Positions 30,837 through 39,965 are shown, numbered from the stretch's first letter. The stretch: DNA of 64,000 nt from a virus (IMGVR_UViG_3300033146_001382:125442-189441); one strand, 5' to 3'. The notes: generated by a model from the letters alone, not told the origin. Program-made: numbers and translations.

Positions 30837-31844
30837 ATGAAAATAGTTATTGTCGGTGCAGGATACTGGGGAAAAAATTTAATTAGAACATTTAATAATC
30901 TTGGGGTTTTAGCTGCTATTTATGATTTGGATACTAAGGCTCTAGAACATTATAAGAAAGACTCTGCATATAGTAAAGTAGAATTTGGTACTGATTATAC
31001 TAAGTGTTTACAACGTTGGGATATAGATGGAGTAGTAGTAGCTACTCCTCCAAACACTCATTATAGTATTGCTTCTGAAGTTTTAAGTAGTGGTAAACAT
31101 GTATTTATAGAAAAGCCTATGACTTTAGATGAGGAATCTTCTACACAATTAGTGGCTTTGGCAGAAGAGAAAAATAAAATCATTATGGTAGGGCATATTT
31201 TTCTTTATAGTCCAGAAATACTTAAATTAAAAGAGATTATTTCGGCAGAAACTTTTGGAGATATATGTTATGCATATACTCAACGGTTAAACTTAGGTAA
31301 AATTCAGGAATGTGGTGTTATAATGGATTTGGCTCCTCATGATGTGTCTATTTTAGATTATTTACTAGATGACACTTGTGAAAAAGTAAAAACCGTAGCT
31401 GACTCTCATGTTATAGATAATGTAGAAGATGTTTCTTTTATAACATTACGTTATAAAAAAGGGACATTAGCACATTTACATTTAAGTTGGCTAGATCCTC
31501 TAAAAGTTAGAAACACTGTAGTAGTTGGTACTAAACAGATGGTAGTGTGTGATTCAGGTACAAAAAAAATAGACATCTATAATACTTCAGTTGATTTTGA
31601 TGGGATTAAACAAGCGTCTAATAGCTCTTATGGAGCACATTTACTTACGTATACATATGGCGATGTAGTAACTCCATTTATACCTAATGTAGAACCTATG
31701 AGGGCAGAAGCAGAAGAATTTTTAAATTGTATGAAATTAAATAAATTACCACTTGCAGATGGATCATTAGGTTTAAGTGTAGTAAAGACTATAGTAGCTA
31801 TGAAAAATTCTTTAAAGGGGAATGGAAAATGGCAGAAAGTATAA
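30837..31844 (+). CDS. Gfo/Idh/MocA NAD-dependent sugar dehydrogenase (WbpB/WlbA-like)
   Basis: IVGAGYWGKN Rossmann motif, VATPP..H, HVFIEKP, DLAPHD. Confidence 0.9.
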   Translation: MKIVIVGAGYWGKNLIRTFNNLGVLAAIYDLDTKALEHYKKDSAYSKVEFGTDYTKCLQRWDIDGVVVATPPNTHYSIASEVLSSGKHVFIEKPMTLDEESSTQLVALAEEKNKIIMVGHIFLYSPEILKLKEIISAETFGDICYAYTQRLNLGKIQECGVIMDLAPHDVSILDYLLDDTCEKVKTVADSHVIDNVEDVSFITLRYKKGTLAHLHLSWLDPLKVRNTVVVGTKQMVVCDSGTKKIDIYNTSVDFDGIKQASNSSYGAHLLTYTYGDVVTPFIPNVEPMRAEAEEFLNCMKLNKLPLADGSLGLSVVKTIVAMKNSLKGNGKWQKV

Positions 31845-32662
31845 GTGCACACTTAATAACACATCAATGTGTCACTCTAGATTTTTGTGTGGAATCTACT
31901 ATTAGAAGTATGCTTGATTTCTGTGATGATATTTATATTAATGATGGAAAATCTACTGATGGTACCTTGGATATTTTGTATTCATTACAAAATGAATATG
32001 GTAGAGATAGAATAAAATTGTTTGAACGAGAATGGCAACATAATAGACGTATGTGGGCGGACGAGAAGAATTTTATATTAGATAAGATACCACAAGATTC
32101 TTATGTCTTATGCATAGATGCTGACGAAGCTTTACATGAAAAAGATATACATAAGTTAAAAGAGCTGACTTCAAAGGGGTTTAAATCTATTTCTTTTAAT
32201 GTAATACATTTTTATGGTAGACCTACTAATTTTATAGAAGGGCCAAATTGGTATAAAAGTCATACACGCTTATGGAAACGGTCTACAGGTATTAAGTTAA
32301 TATGTAGGCCAGGTGGTTGTGCAGATGATGTAGTATGGCCCAACGGACAACCAGCTCATATAATTAATCATCAACCTAGTGGGATATCTATTTATCATTA
32401 TGGTAATTGTAGAGATCCTAAAGCCCTTGGGATGAAAGCAAAAAAAGCTGATGATTTATATCAAAATAGTGATGAGTACAAAGGCGGGTTATTAGCTAAG
32501 CCCAGAGCATTTACATATGCTTTTGATTCTATTAAAACTCAAGTATTTAAAGGGACTCATCCTAAGTATGTAAAAGAATGGTGTAAAATACATAATAATC
32601 AGCCAACAGAGTACTTAGTAGAGGGTGAACAGCAAAATAAATTATGGTGTTTTGAGGAGTAA
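31829..32662 (+). CDS. Glycosyltransferase, GT2/GT-A family
   Basis: NDGKSTDGT and IDADE (DxD) motifs, and HYG. Confidence 0.85.
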   Translation: MAESISAHLITHQCVTLDFCVESTIRSMLDFCDDIYINDGKSTDGTLDILYSLQNEYGRDRIKLFEREWQHNRRMWADEKNFILDKIPQDSYVLCIDADEALHEKDIHKLKELTSKGFKSISFNVIHFYGRPTNFIEGPNWYKSHTRLWKRSTGIKLICRPGGCADDVVWPNGQPAHIINHQPSGISIYHYGNCRDPKALGMKAKKADDLYQNSDEYKGGLLAKPRAFTYAFDSIKTQVFKGTHPKYVKEWCKIHNNQPTEYLVEGEQQNKLWCFEE

Positions 32663-32664
32663 TT

Positions 32665-33285
32665 ATGACTATTATAATACATCCTACAGCGGTAGTTGAG
32701 ACTACTAATATAGGAGAAGGGACTTATATAGGACCATTTACATATATTACCAAAAGAGTTAAGATAGGTAAAAATTGTATAATAAATAATGCTTCTATAG
32801 GGTTGCCTGGAGAACATCCTGAAATTGTGGAAGACCATGGACATTTTATAGAAATTGCAGACAACGTGACTATTAGAGAGTATGTTACTATTAACACACC
32901 ATTATTCAGTAAAAGAACTTTTATAGGGGCTGGTAGTTACTTAATGGCTAAGTCTCATGTAGGACATGATGCTTCATTAGGAAAACATGTAGTATTACAT
33001 ACTGGTGCAGTAATAGGGGGGCATTCTACTATAGGTGACTATTGCTATTTAGGACTTAATTGCTCTACCCATCCATTTGCTAGATTAGATAGTTATTGTA
33101 TAGTTGGGGCAAATGGTATTTATAAAGGTAAATCTCCATCAGCATTAGTTTGGGTGGGAGTTCCAGCTGTTCCAATTAAAATTAATATGGTAGGGCTCGA
33201 TAGGCATTGCAAAGAGGGATTAAAACAGACTTTAATTGCTAATGCAGAAGTATTTTTAAATAGAGGGGGAACGAAAAATAAATGA
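32665..33285 (+). CDS. Hexapeptide-repeat (left-handed beta-helix) acyltransferase, LpxA-like
   Basis: IHPTAVV, VTIREYVTIN, LMAKSHVGHD, IGGH and STHP reproduce the LpxA His pattern. Confidence 0.85.
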   Translation: MTIIIHPTAVVETTNIGEGTYIGPFTYITKRVKIGKNCIINNASIGLPGEHPEIVEDHGHFIEIADNVTIREYVTINTPLFSKRTFIGAGSYLMAKSHVGHDASLGKHVVLHTGAVIGGHSTIGDYCYLGLNCSTHPFARLDSYCIVGANGIYKGKSPSALVWVGVPAVPIKINMVGLDRHCKEGLKQTLIANAEVFLNRGGTKNK

Positions 33286-34226
33286 GGTTAATTTGTGCAA
33301 CACCTATGTATAATGAATTAAATCATGTCCACGAATTCATTAATAATGTAGTTAGTCTTGACATATATGATGAAGTGGTTATATTGGATGATGGGAGTAC
33401 TGATGGTACATATGAAATACTATTAGATTATACTAAAAAATATAATAATTTACATGTTTTTAGAAATGATACTAATAGTATTTTATCGCATGGGTATAAT
33501 AGATGGACTAGATTATCTGAGTTGGTACGGGAGTTTAATCCTACTTGGGTAAATCTTAGAGCGGCTGATACTAAATATTCTTATCAATGTAGTTTATTTA
33601 TGAGAGATAGATTAATAAAACTCATGAATGAAGATATCCAATTGATCAGCCTCCCATGGGTGAATATATGGAGATCTAAAACCTGGTATCGTACAGATGG
33701 TCATTGGGGTAATTGGGCAAGACACGGAGTAGTACCTATCTGGAGATTTAGTGATAAGTTTAAATGGCACCCACAGCACACCAAGACAGGTATGCATCAG
33801 GGTATGTGTATACCATCAGATTTAGGTTTTAATGGGAAGAGATCTGTAGCCGGTTTAAATACTGATTCTAATTTGCCAATGGTTATTCTTCATGAAGGTT
33901 TGAGTACCCATGAGCAGATAGTGGATAAGTTTAGAAACTGTATGAGTTTAGCTAGAGCAGCTACTAAGATAGGAAGATCTAGAACCATGCCACCACCAGA
34001 AAATATGCCATCAGTAAACTCATGGCGTAATTTTGATGGGTACAAAGCATTTTATGAGTTTAATATTACATTAAAGCCTATCAATATGGAATGGTTATTC
34101 CCATCAGATAGATTAGAACTAGAGCCAAGTCCTATACCTAGATCATTATATGAGGTAATAAATGAGTTTAGCCCTGTGAGGGCAGAGGAATATAAAATAC
34201 TATTTAATAAGAGGTTTGTTATATGA
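33282..34226 (+). CDS. Glycosyltransferase, GT2-like
   Basis: PMYNE...LDDGSTDGT; AAD occupies the DxD position. Confidence 0.7.
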   Translation: MRLICATPMYNELNHVHEFINNVVSLDIYDEVVILDDGSTDGTYEILLDYTKKYNNLHVFRNDTNSILSHGYNRWTRLSELVREFNPTWVNLRAADTKYSYQCSLFMRDRLIKLMNEDIQLISLPWVNIWRSKTWYRTDGHWGNWARHGVVPIWRFSDKFKWHPQHTKTGMHQGMCIPSDLGFNGKRSVAGLNTDSNLPMVILHEGLSTHEQIVDKFRNCMSLARAATKIGRSRTMPPPENMPSVNSWRNFDGYKAFYEFNITLKPINMEWLFPSDRLELEPSPIPRSLYEVINEFSPVRAEEYKILFNKRFVI

Positions 34227-34891
34227 AATTAAATTATAAGAAAGCACCTAGAGAATTTTTTGAATCTTACCATAATAAATATGATGACGAACGTACTTTG
34301 ATTAATCCTGATTGGGAATGGTGGAGAGTAAAATATCACTATAATTTAGTAGAGAATGACATTATGTACTGGTTGTTAGCTACTAATCAATCTATGTCGG
34401 ATATGTCTATTTTGGATATTGGTGGTGGTACAGGTCATTGGTTGGATTTTTATACTAATTATTTAGAGTCTCTTAACATTACCATGTTAGATTTTTCTGA
34501 AGTGGTAGTAAAACGATTACGAAAAAAGTATCCTAAAATTAAAATACAACATTCTAATGTTGCTACTAAACAGTCACAATTTAGTAATAAATTTGATGTG
34601 ATAAATGCAATAGGGGTAATGTTTCATTTAGTAGATGATTCTATGTGGGAATCTGCTGTGATTAATCTATGTGCATATTTAAAAAGTGGTGGTGTAGCTA
34701 TTATAGGAGGTGAATTCGGGATTAACACCTATCAAGTTAGTCATCATAGAGTAGCTAGATCTTTAGAGTATTGGAAATCAGTAGTTGAAGCTAATGATTG
34801 TAAGATTGTTGGTGTAAAACAAAATAATTGGGTTTCTGGTATCTCTAATAACGGTATAATGGACAATACATTAGCATTCACTAGGAGATAA
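34223..34891 (+). CDS. Class I SAM-dependent methyltransferase
   Basis: ILDIGGGTG, LDFSE, FDVI, LKSGG. Confidence 0.88.
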   Translation: MKLNYKKAPREFFESYHNKYDDERTLINPDWEWWRVKYHYNLVENDIMYWLLATNQSMSDMSILDIGGGTGHWLDFYTNYLESLNITMLDFSEVVVKRLRKKYPKIKIQHSNVATKQSQFSNKFDVINAIGVMFHLVDDSMWESAVINLCAYLKSGGVAIIGGEFGINTYQVSHHRVARSLEYWKSVVEANDCKIVGVKQNNWVSGISNNGIMDNTLAFTRR

Positions 34892-34892
34892 T

Positions 34893-36086
34893 ATGTCAAA
34901 TTACATTGGCAAAGATTTTATTCATTATGGTTGCGGTTTGGAGATAAATTCAGAAGTAGTACTATCTTCAATTCCTAGAAGCTCAAAAAAAAATATTAAA
35001 AAGGCTGAAACCTCTGATATAATTGTGACTAATGTCATAGGCACAGCTGAAGAATTAGAAGACCTTAGGGGTATTTGGTATTATTATGACGACCCTAATT
35101 TTCCCCAGTATGATAAAAATAATTTAGTATATATGGCGTACTTAAATGAGGAGCTTATTGGTGGAGCTATATTAGTTCCAGTAGGAAACCATTTATTTCT
35201 TAATAACCTAATGGCTTCTGCAGTAGGAAAAAAATATCAATTACAAGGGTATCTTTTATGGTATATTGTAAATAATTTAATTACTTCACGGTTTAAATAT
35301 ATTGATGTGGGTGTTTCATATAGATTTAATTTATATAGTTTTTTTAAGAAATGGGCTACTTTCCATTATCCGGTTATTTTTAATCCACCAAAAATTGGCC
35401 CTCATATTAAATTTACACCTTTTAAAAGTATTGAGAATTTAACTAATGCTAAAGTAAATAATGATATTATAAATAGTTTTTTTAAAAATAGACCATTTAC
35501 TATTGTACCAGACATAAATTATGCTAATACTATAGCAGAGAAAGAATCAATTATAATAAATAGAACAATTGATGAATTTACATCACCTATTAAGCATGAT
35601 CTAGAGCCTATAGAAATTATAGATTTGACTGAATTGCTCCCTTTGCAGTTTGGTGCAGTGGTTGTTGGTATGGAAGTATCACCTGAAAGACTATGGGAAA
35701 AGTATGCATGTTATGACCATTATAAAACTGAATATATAAAAAAGTATATTTCTAAAGATTCTAAGTTGTATGAAGGTATAAAAGAACAACGAAGACATGT
35801 ATATGAATTATTTAATAATTATTTTAGTCAAGAAGATGTTACTATCATACATACTTCTAAATTTATAACTGGTTTTGAATTTTCATGTAAAGATATTAAA
35901 TTATTGTCTAAACGTTATACTAGATTTAAAGTAGCACATAAATTAACTAGTAGTACTTTAATTTTCCCCTGCCATCAAAATATCTCTGAGGTGGACGTAG
36001 AATATATTTATGCCATTTACAGAGGGTATTTGAATTTATGTAGTGAGTGGGAGTCTACTGGTGTTAAAGGGGTATTGAAGATATGA
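34893..36086 (+). CDS. Fusion of GNAT/FemAB-like acyltransferase domain and degenerate DegT-like C-terminal domain
   Basis: N-half KKNIKKA...IGGAIL...YLLWYI...YIDVG fits FemAB/GNAT. C-end LIFPCHQNISEVDVEYI fits the DegT C-terminal motif. Confidence 0.5.
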   Translation: MSNYIGKDFIHYGCGLEINSEVVLSSIPRSSKKNIKKAETSDIIVTNVIGTAEELEDLRGIWYYYDDPNFPQYDKNNLVYMAYLNEELIGGAILVPVGNHLFLNNLMASAVGKKYQLQGYLLWYIVNNLITSRFKYIDVGVSYRFNLYSFFKKWATFHYPVIFNPPKIGPHIKFTPFKSIENLTNAKVNNDIINSFFKNRPFTIVPDINYANTIAEKESIIINRTIDEFTSPIKHDLEPIEIIDLTELLPLQFGAVVVGMEVSPERLWEKYACYDHYKTEYIKKYISKDSKLYEGIKEQRRHVYELFNNYFSQEDVTIIHTSKFITGFEFSCKDIKLLSKRYTRFKVAHKLTSSTLIFPCHQNISEVDVEYIYAIYRGYLNLCSEWESTGVKGVLKI

Positions 36087-36907
36087 AAAATATTATAATA
36101 AATGGATTTGATAGATGTGGATCTTCTATGATATGTAGAGTGCTAGCTAAACATCCAGATGTGTCTATGTTATTTCAACCTACTAATAGTACAGAGATAC
36201 ATAAGGATTTATTTAGATATTGGCATCCAGAAGAAGTACATGATGCTACATATTCTTTTTTTAGCTCTTTAATAGAAAATAAATTAGATAAAAACTATAT
36301 TAAATCTATATGGTTTGATAAATATAGTAAATTAAAAAGTGGAGCTTCTATTAATTTAATAAAAGAAACTAAATGTCATTTAAAGATTGAGTGGTTACGC
36401 TATAATTTTCCAGATATAATTGTTTATGGTATATGGAGGGACCCTAAAGGTATACTCTGTTCTTTGGTTAGAAATAATTTTCATGAGGATTGGTATAAAA
36501 CACATTTAAATACATCAGAGTCTGCACATATTAAAGTAATAGAATTATTAAAAGTTTTAAATAGATACTCTGAATTTGAGGAAGTGTATAATTTAACTTC
36601 CAGTTCAATAGATAAAATGGCTTTCGTTATATCTGTGATGGTACAATTAATGGCAGAGAAGCTTCAGCCTACTGAATGGTTAATATATGAGGATATAGTA
36701 TTAGATCCAAATAAATTTTATAATTTATTTTTAGGTAAATTTGGTTTACCTTATTATGATTTTAATTCTTATATGAAAAAACCATATAATGTTAGTGGCC
36801 ATATGGATAATATAAATCCTTTTATTTGGAAAACTACATTTTCAAAAAAGCAAGTAGATAAATTAGACATATTATTTAATAATTTATATTGTATAGCAAA
36901 GGAGTAA
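36083..36907 (+). CDS. PAPS-dependent sulfotransferase family protein
   Basis: 5'-PSB-like IIINGFDRCGSS, 3'-PB-like WRDP...CS, and YEDIV.DP. Confidence 0.8.
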   Translation: MKNIIINGFDRCGSSMICRVLAKHPDVSMLFQPTNSTEIHKDLFRYWHPEEVHDATYSFFSSLIENKLDKNYIKSIWFDKYSKLKSGASINLIKETKCHLKIEWLRYNFPDIIVYGIWRDPKGILCSLVRNNFHEDWYKTHLNTSESAHIKVIELLKVLNRYSEFEEVYNLTSSSIDKMAFVISVMVQLMAEKLQPTEWLIYEDIVLDPNKFYNLFLGKFGLPYYDFNSYMKKPYNVSGHMDNINPFIWKTTFSKKQVDKLDILFNNLYCIAKE

Positions 36908-36909
36908 TA

Positions 36910-38028
36910 ATGAGTGTAAATTTTTTAGATTTAAAAAAACAGTATAGTAATATAGATATCCCAAAATTAATGGTGGGGTTAGAAGAAATTGTAACTAATG
37001 GAGCATTTGTAGGAGGACCACATGTTGAGTTATTTGAGCATAATTTTGCTCAATATCACAATATGAAGTATGCCTTAGGTGTGGGTTCAGGCACTGACGC
37101 ACTAATATTTGCTTTAGCAGGTCTAGGGATTGGTCCTGGAGATGAGGTGCTTATACCAGGTAATACATTTATAGCTACAGCTCTAGCAGTAACACATGTA
37201 GGTGCTACTCCAGTATTTGTAGATGTGAATTCACTTACTTATAATATAGATTATAATATTTCCAATTATATTACAAGGAAAACTAAGGCTATTATACCAG
37301 TACATTTATATGGAAATCCAGTCAATATGGATAATATCATGAGTGTAGCTAAGCTTGCCAATCTATTTGTTATTGAAGATTGTGCTCAAGCTATAGGTGC
37401 AAAATTTAAGGGCCAGAAGGTAGGGACATTTGGAGATGTAGGGTGTTTCTCTTTCTACCCCGCTAAAAATCTAGGAGGTTTAGGGCAAGGCGGGGCTATC
37501 ATAACCAATAATAAATTTGTTTTAAATAAAGCTAGATGCCTTGGTAATGTAGGTAGAAAGGATGACTCTTGGTATGAGTACAGTGCCGTGGGCTATAACT
37601 CTAGATTAGACGCAGTAAATGCTTTATTTCTAAATACATGTTTAAATCATATAGACAAATGGAATACTAAACGTAGATCAGTAGCTAAAAAATATAAGGA
37701 TAACTTAGAGGCGTGTACAGGAGTTGCGGTACCTTTCATAGATACAGGCTGTACCCCCGTGTACCATTTATATGAACTTAAATGTGAAAATAGTATGGAA
37801 AGAGATAACCTAAAGGCCTATTTAGCAGGACATGATATTTATTCAGCACTTCATTACCCTGTACCATGTCATAAACAAGAAGTATATAAGGAATCAAATG
37901 GTTTAGTTTTAGGTGTAGTTGAGTCATTAGCTGCTACTTTACTATCATTACCTATGCATCCTTTCATGACTACTGCTGAAATAGAAACAGTTACTACTAT
38001 AATTAAAGAGTACTTTAATAAGGGATAA
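36910..38028 (+). CDS. DegT/DnrJ/EryC1/StrS PLP-dependent sugar aminotransferase (WbpE-like)
   Basis: GSGTDAL, PVHLYG, IEDCAQAIG, SFYPAKNLG (PLP lysine), GYNSRLD, LSLPMHP. Confidence 0.95.
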   Translation: MSVNFLDLKKQYSNIDIPKLMVGLEEIVTNGAFVGGPHVELFEHNFAQYHNMKYALGVGSGTDALIFALAGLGIGPGDEVLIPGNTFIATALAVTHVGATPVFVDVNSLTYNIDYNISNYITRKTKAIIPVHLYGNPVNMDNIMSVAKLANLFVIEDCAQAIGAKFKGQKVGTFGDVGCFSFYPAKNLGGLGQGGAIITNNKFVLNKARCLGNVGRKDDSWYEYSAVGYNSRLDAVNALFLNTCLNHIDKWNTKRRSVAKKYKDNLEACTGVAVPFIDTGCTPVYHLYELKCENSMERDNLKAYLAGHDIYSALHYPVPCHKQEVYKESNGLVLGVVESLAATLLSLPMHPFMTTAEIETVTTIIKEYFNKG

Positions 38029-38034
38029 ATTAAA

Positions 38035-38529
38035 ATGGATTTTAGTAATATTGATATAATAGTTAGTGAGATAGACGGCATTCTTACAGATGGCTTCAAA
38101 CCTATAGATAATATGAATCTATGCCTGTTTAAAAACTATTGTGTGCAGGATTTTGAAGCCATTAATAAGTTGAAACAGTTTTTTACAGTGGTATTCATCT
38201 CTACTGATTCTGATGTGAGTTATAATGTAATGAGATCTAGGAGTATACCTGCCTATTTTACTAAATCTAAGGAAACTAAGCTAGAGGTATTGACTAAAAA
38301 AATTATGCCTAGGTATAATATGTCTCCAAACAACTTATTATACTTAGGTAATAAATTATCTGATGTACCATGTATGTATTATGCTGATTGTAGTCTTACT
38401 ATAGCTGAAGCTACTAATAAAGTAGTCTGTGCAGCTAAGAAGGTACTCCCTATCAGTTCTGGTACAGGGGTATTTACTAAACTATATGAAATACTTTCCC
38501 CTGAGCTAGACAGAAGGGCTAGACAATAG
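38035..38529 (+). CDS. KdsC/YrbI-like HAD-fold protein with altered catalytic motifs
   Basis: EIDGILTDG (canonical DVDGVLTDG), GNKLSD (canonical GDDxxD), and GxGVF near the C-terminus. Confidence 0.7.
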   Translation: MDFSNIDIIVSEIDGILTDGFKPIDNMNLCLFKNYCVQDFEAINKLKQFFTVVFISTDSDVSYNVMRSRSIPAYFTKSKETKLEVLTKKIMPRYNMSPNNLLYLGNKLSDVPCMYYADCSLTIAEATNKVVCAAKKVLPISSGTGVFTKLYEILSPELDRRARQ

Positions 38530-38530
38530 C

Positions 38531-38560
38531 TTGACAATCATGTAATATGTATTATATTAT
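38531..38560 (+). promoter_or_regulatory. Sigma70-type promoter, copy 2 of the motif
   Basis: TTGACA (38531-36), N12, GTATTATATTAT (38549-60). Upstream of the dnaX-like gene. Confidence 0.72.
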
Positions 38561-38597
38561 TAAAAGTTGAAATTAATTTTAGTTAAAAGAGGTGTAT

Positions 38598-39656
38598 ATG
38601 TTAATTAAACGAGCAACTAGTTATGGGGCAAATGATCTTATAACTACGTATCGCCCTTGTACTATAGATGAATTTGTAGGCCAAGAAGTAAATAAAAAAA
38701 TAATTAAAAACAATCTAAAGAAAGGTACTACCCCACATTCTATGTTGTTCACTGGGCCTCCTGGATGTGGTAAAACTACGGCTGCTAGAATTATAGCGCT
38801 TAGACTGAATTGTGTAAATCTTCCATCTAAAGATACTTATATACCATGCCTAGACTGTGCCATCTGTAAAGCTACTTTGGAACAACAGAATTTGGATATA
38901 GTAGAAATAAACGTGGGAAAATCAGGTGGAAAGGCTGCGGTTGAAAAAATAACTGCCGATCTAGCATATGCTCCCTTAATGAGTCCTAATAAGGTACTTA
39001 TATTTGATGAGGCTCATAAATTGACTCCTGCAGCACAAGATTTATTATTAAAAGAGATTGAAGACGGGTATGACAGTGTATATTTTATATTTTGTACCAA
39101 TAAACCTGAAAAACTAGATCCTGCCCTCATAGACAGGAATTTTAGCATGCATTTTGGTACTATTTCAGATAAATTACTTACAGAACTACTCAAAAACATC
39201 TGTGACTACGAAGGTACTAATTATACTTCTGATGTTATAAAATATATAGTGGAAGTATCTAAGGGTACACCTAGAAAAGCTATAATGAGTCTAAAAGTAG
39301 TCATAGATGAGGGGAGTTGGGACTTAGCTAATGTTAAAGCAGCACTTATAAGTCAAAGTATTGATGAAGATAATCCAAATATAATGGAAATTGGTAAATA
39401 TTTAATAGCTGGTAGATTTAAGGAGGCTATTGGAATTTTAAAGAAATTAAAAAATATACCAGAAGAAACTATACGTATAGCCACCGCAGGTTTTTTTACT
39501 AATAGATTGACTTGGTGTAAAACTTTAAAAGAGGCAGATAGACTTTCTGAGGTATTAGATTTTATGACAGTACCAATTCTTATGACAGGTAAACCTGCAT
39601 ATCATAAATTAGTTAATAACTTTTATAAAGCCTCTAGAGTAATGAGGAAAAATTAA
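38598..39656 (+). CDS. dnaX: DNA polymerase III gamma/tau-like clamp-loader AAA+ ATPase
   Basis: YRP..IDEFVGQ, GPPGCGKTT, LNC...CLDC..C zinc module, FDEAH.L...AQ..LLK.IE. Confidence 0.9.
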   Translation: MLIKRATSYGANDLITTYRPCTIDEFVGQEVNKKIIKNNLKKGTTPHSMLFTGPPGCGKTTAARIIALRLNCVNLPSKDTYIPCLDCAICKATLEQQNLDIVEINVGKSGGKAAVEKITADLAYAPLMSPNKVLIFDEAHKLTPAAQDLLLKEIEDGYDSVYFIFCTNKPEKLDPALIDRNFSMHFGTISDKLLTELLKNICDYEGTNYTSDVIKYIVEVSKGTPRKAIMSLKVVIDEGSWDLANVKAALISQSIDEDNPNIMEIGKYLIAGRFKEAIGILKKLKNIPEETIRIATAGFFTNRLTWCKTLKEADRLSEVLDFMTVPILMTGKPAYHKLVNNFYKASRVMRKN

Positions 39657-39938
39657 ATGAATCTGCCTGTAAATTATACCAATTTAAATTATAAAGATAA
39701 ACGTGCAATAAGGGAAGAATATATTAAATTGCAGCATGGTAAGTGTTACCATTGTGGTAAGTCTTTAGATATGCCACCCTCCTCAGAGGTAAGAAATAGA
39801 CCTGTAGATAAAACTTTATTTCCAGTTAATTTTTTTAAATGGCCCATACACTTGCATCATAATCATAGTACTGGAATGACTATAGGAGTAGTCCATAGTT
39901 ATTGTAATGCAGTTTTGTGGCAATACTATGGAGAGTAG
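39657..39938 (+). CDS. Endonuclease VII-like small His-Me finger protein
   Basis: CYHC...HLHHNHSTGMTIGVVHSYCN matches the EndoVII pattern (DHxHxTG..RG..CxxCN) with D replaced by H. Confidence 0.65.
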   Translation: MNLPVNYTNLNYKDKRAIREEYIKLQHGKCYHCGKSLDMPPSSEVRNRPVDKTLFPVNFFKWPIHLHHNHSTGMTIGVVHSYCNAVLWQYYGE

Positions 39939-39965
39939 ATTTTTAAGTAATATTAGGAGAATTTA

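Noticed and set aside
38035-38529. A complete Kdo/sialic-acid pathway
   Set aside because: No KdsA/KdsB/KdsD or NeuA/NeuB genes in the window, and the KdsC-like motifs are degenerate.
25118-38529. Host chromosomal O-antigen/capsule locus or assembly chimera
   Set aside because: Same strand, similar composition and tight spacing with flanking phage genes. It contains a phage-type homing endonuclease and a ThyX-like gene and lacks wzx/wzy/wzm. Chimerism cannot be fully excluded without reads.
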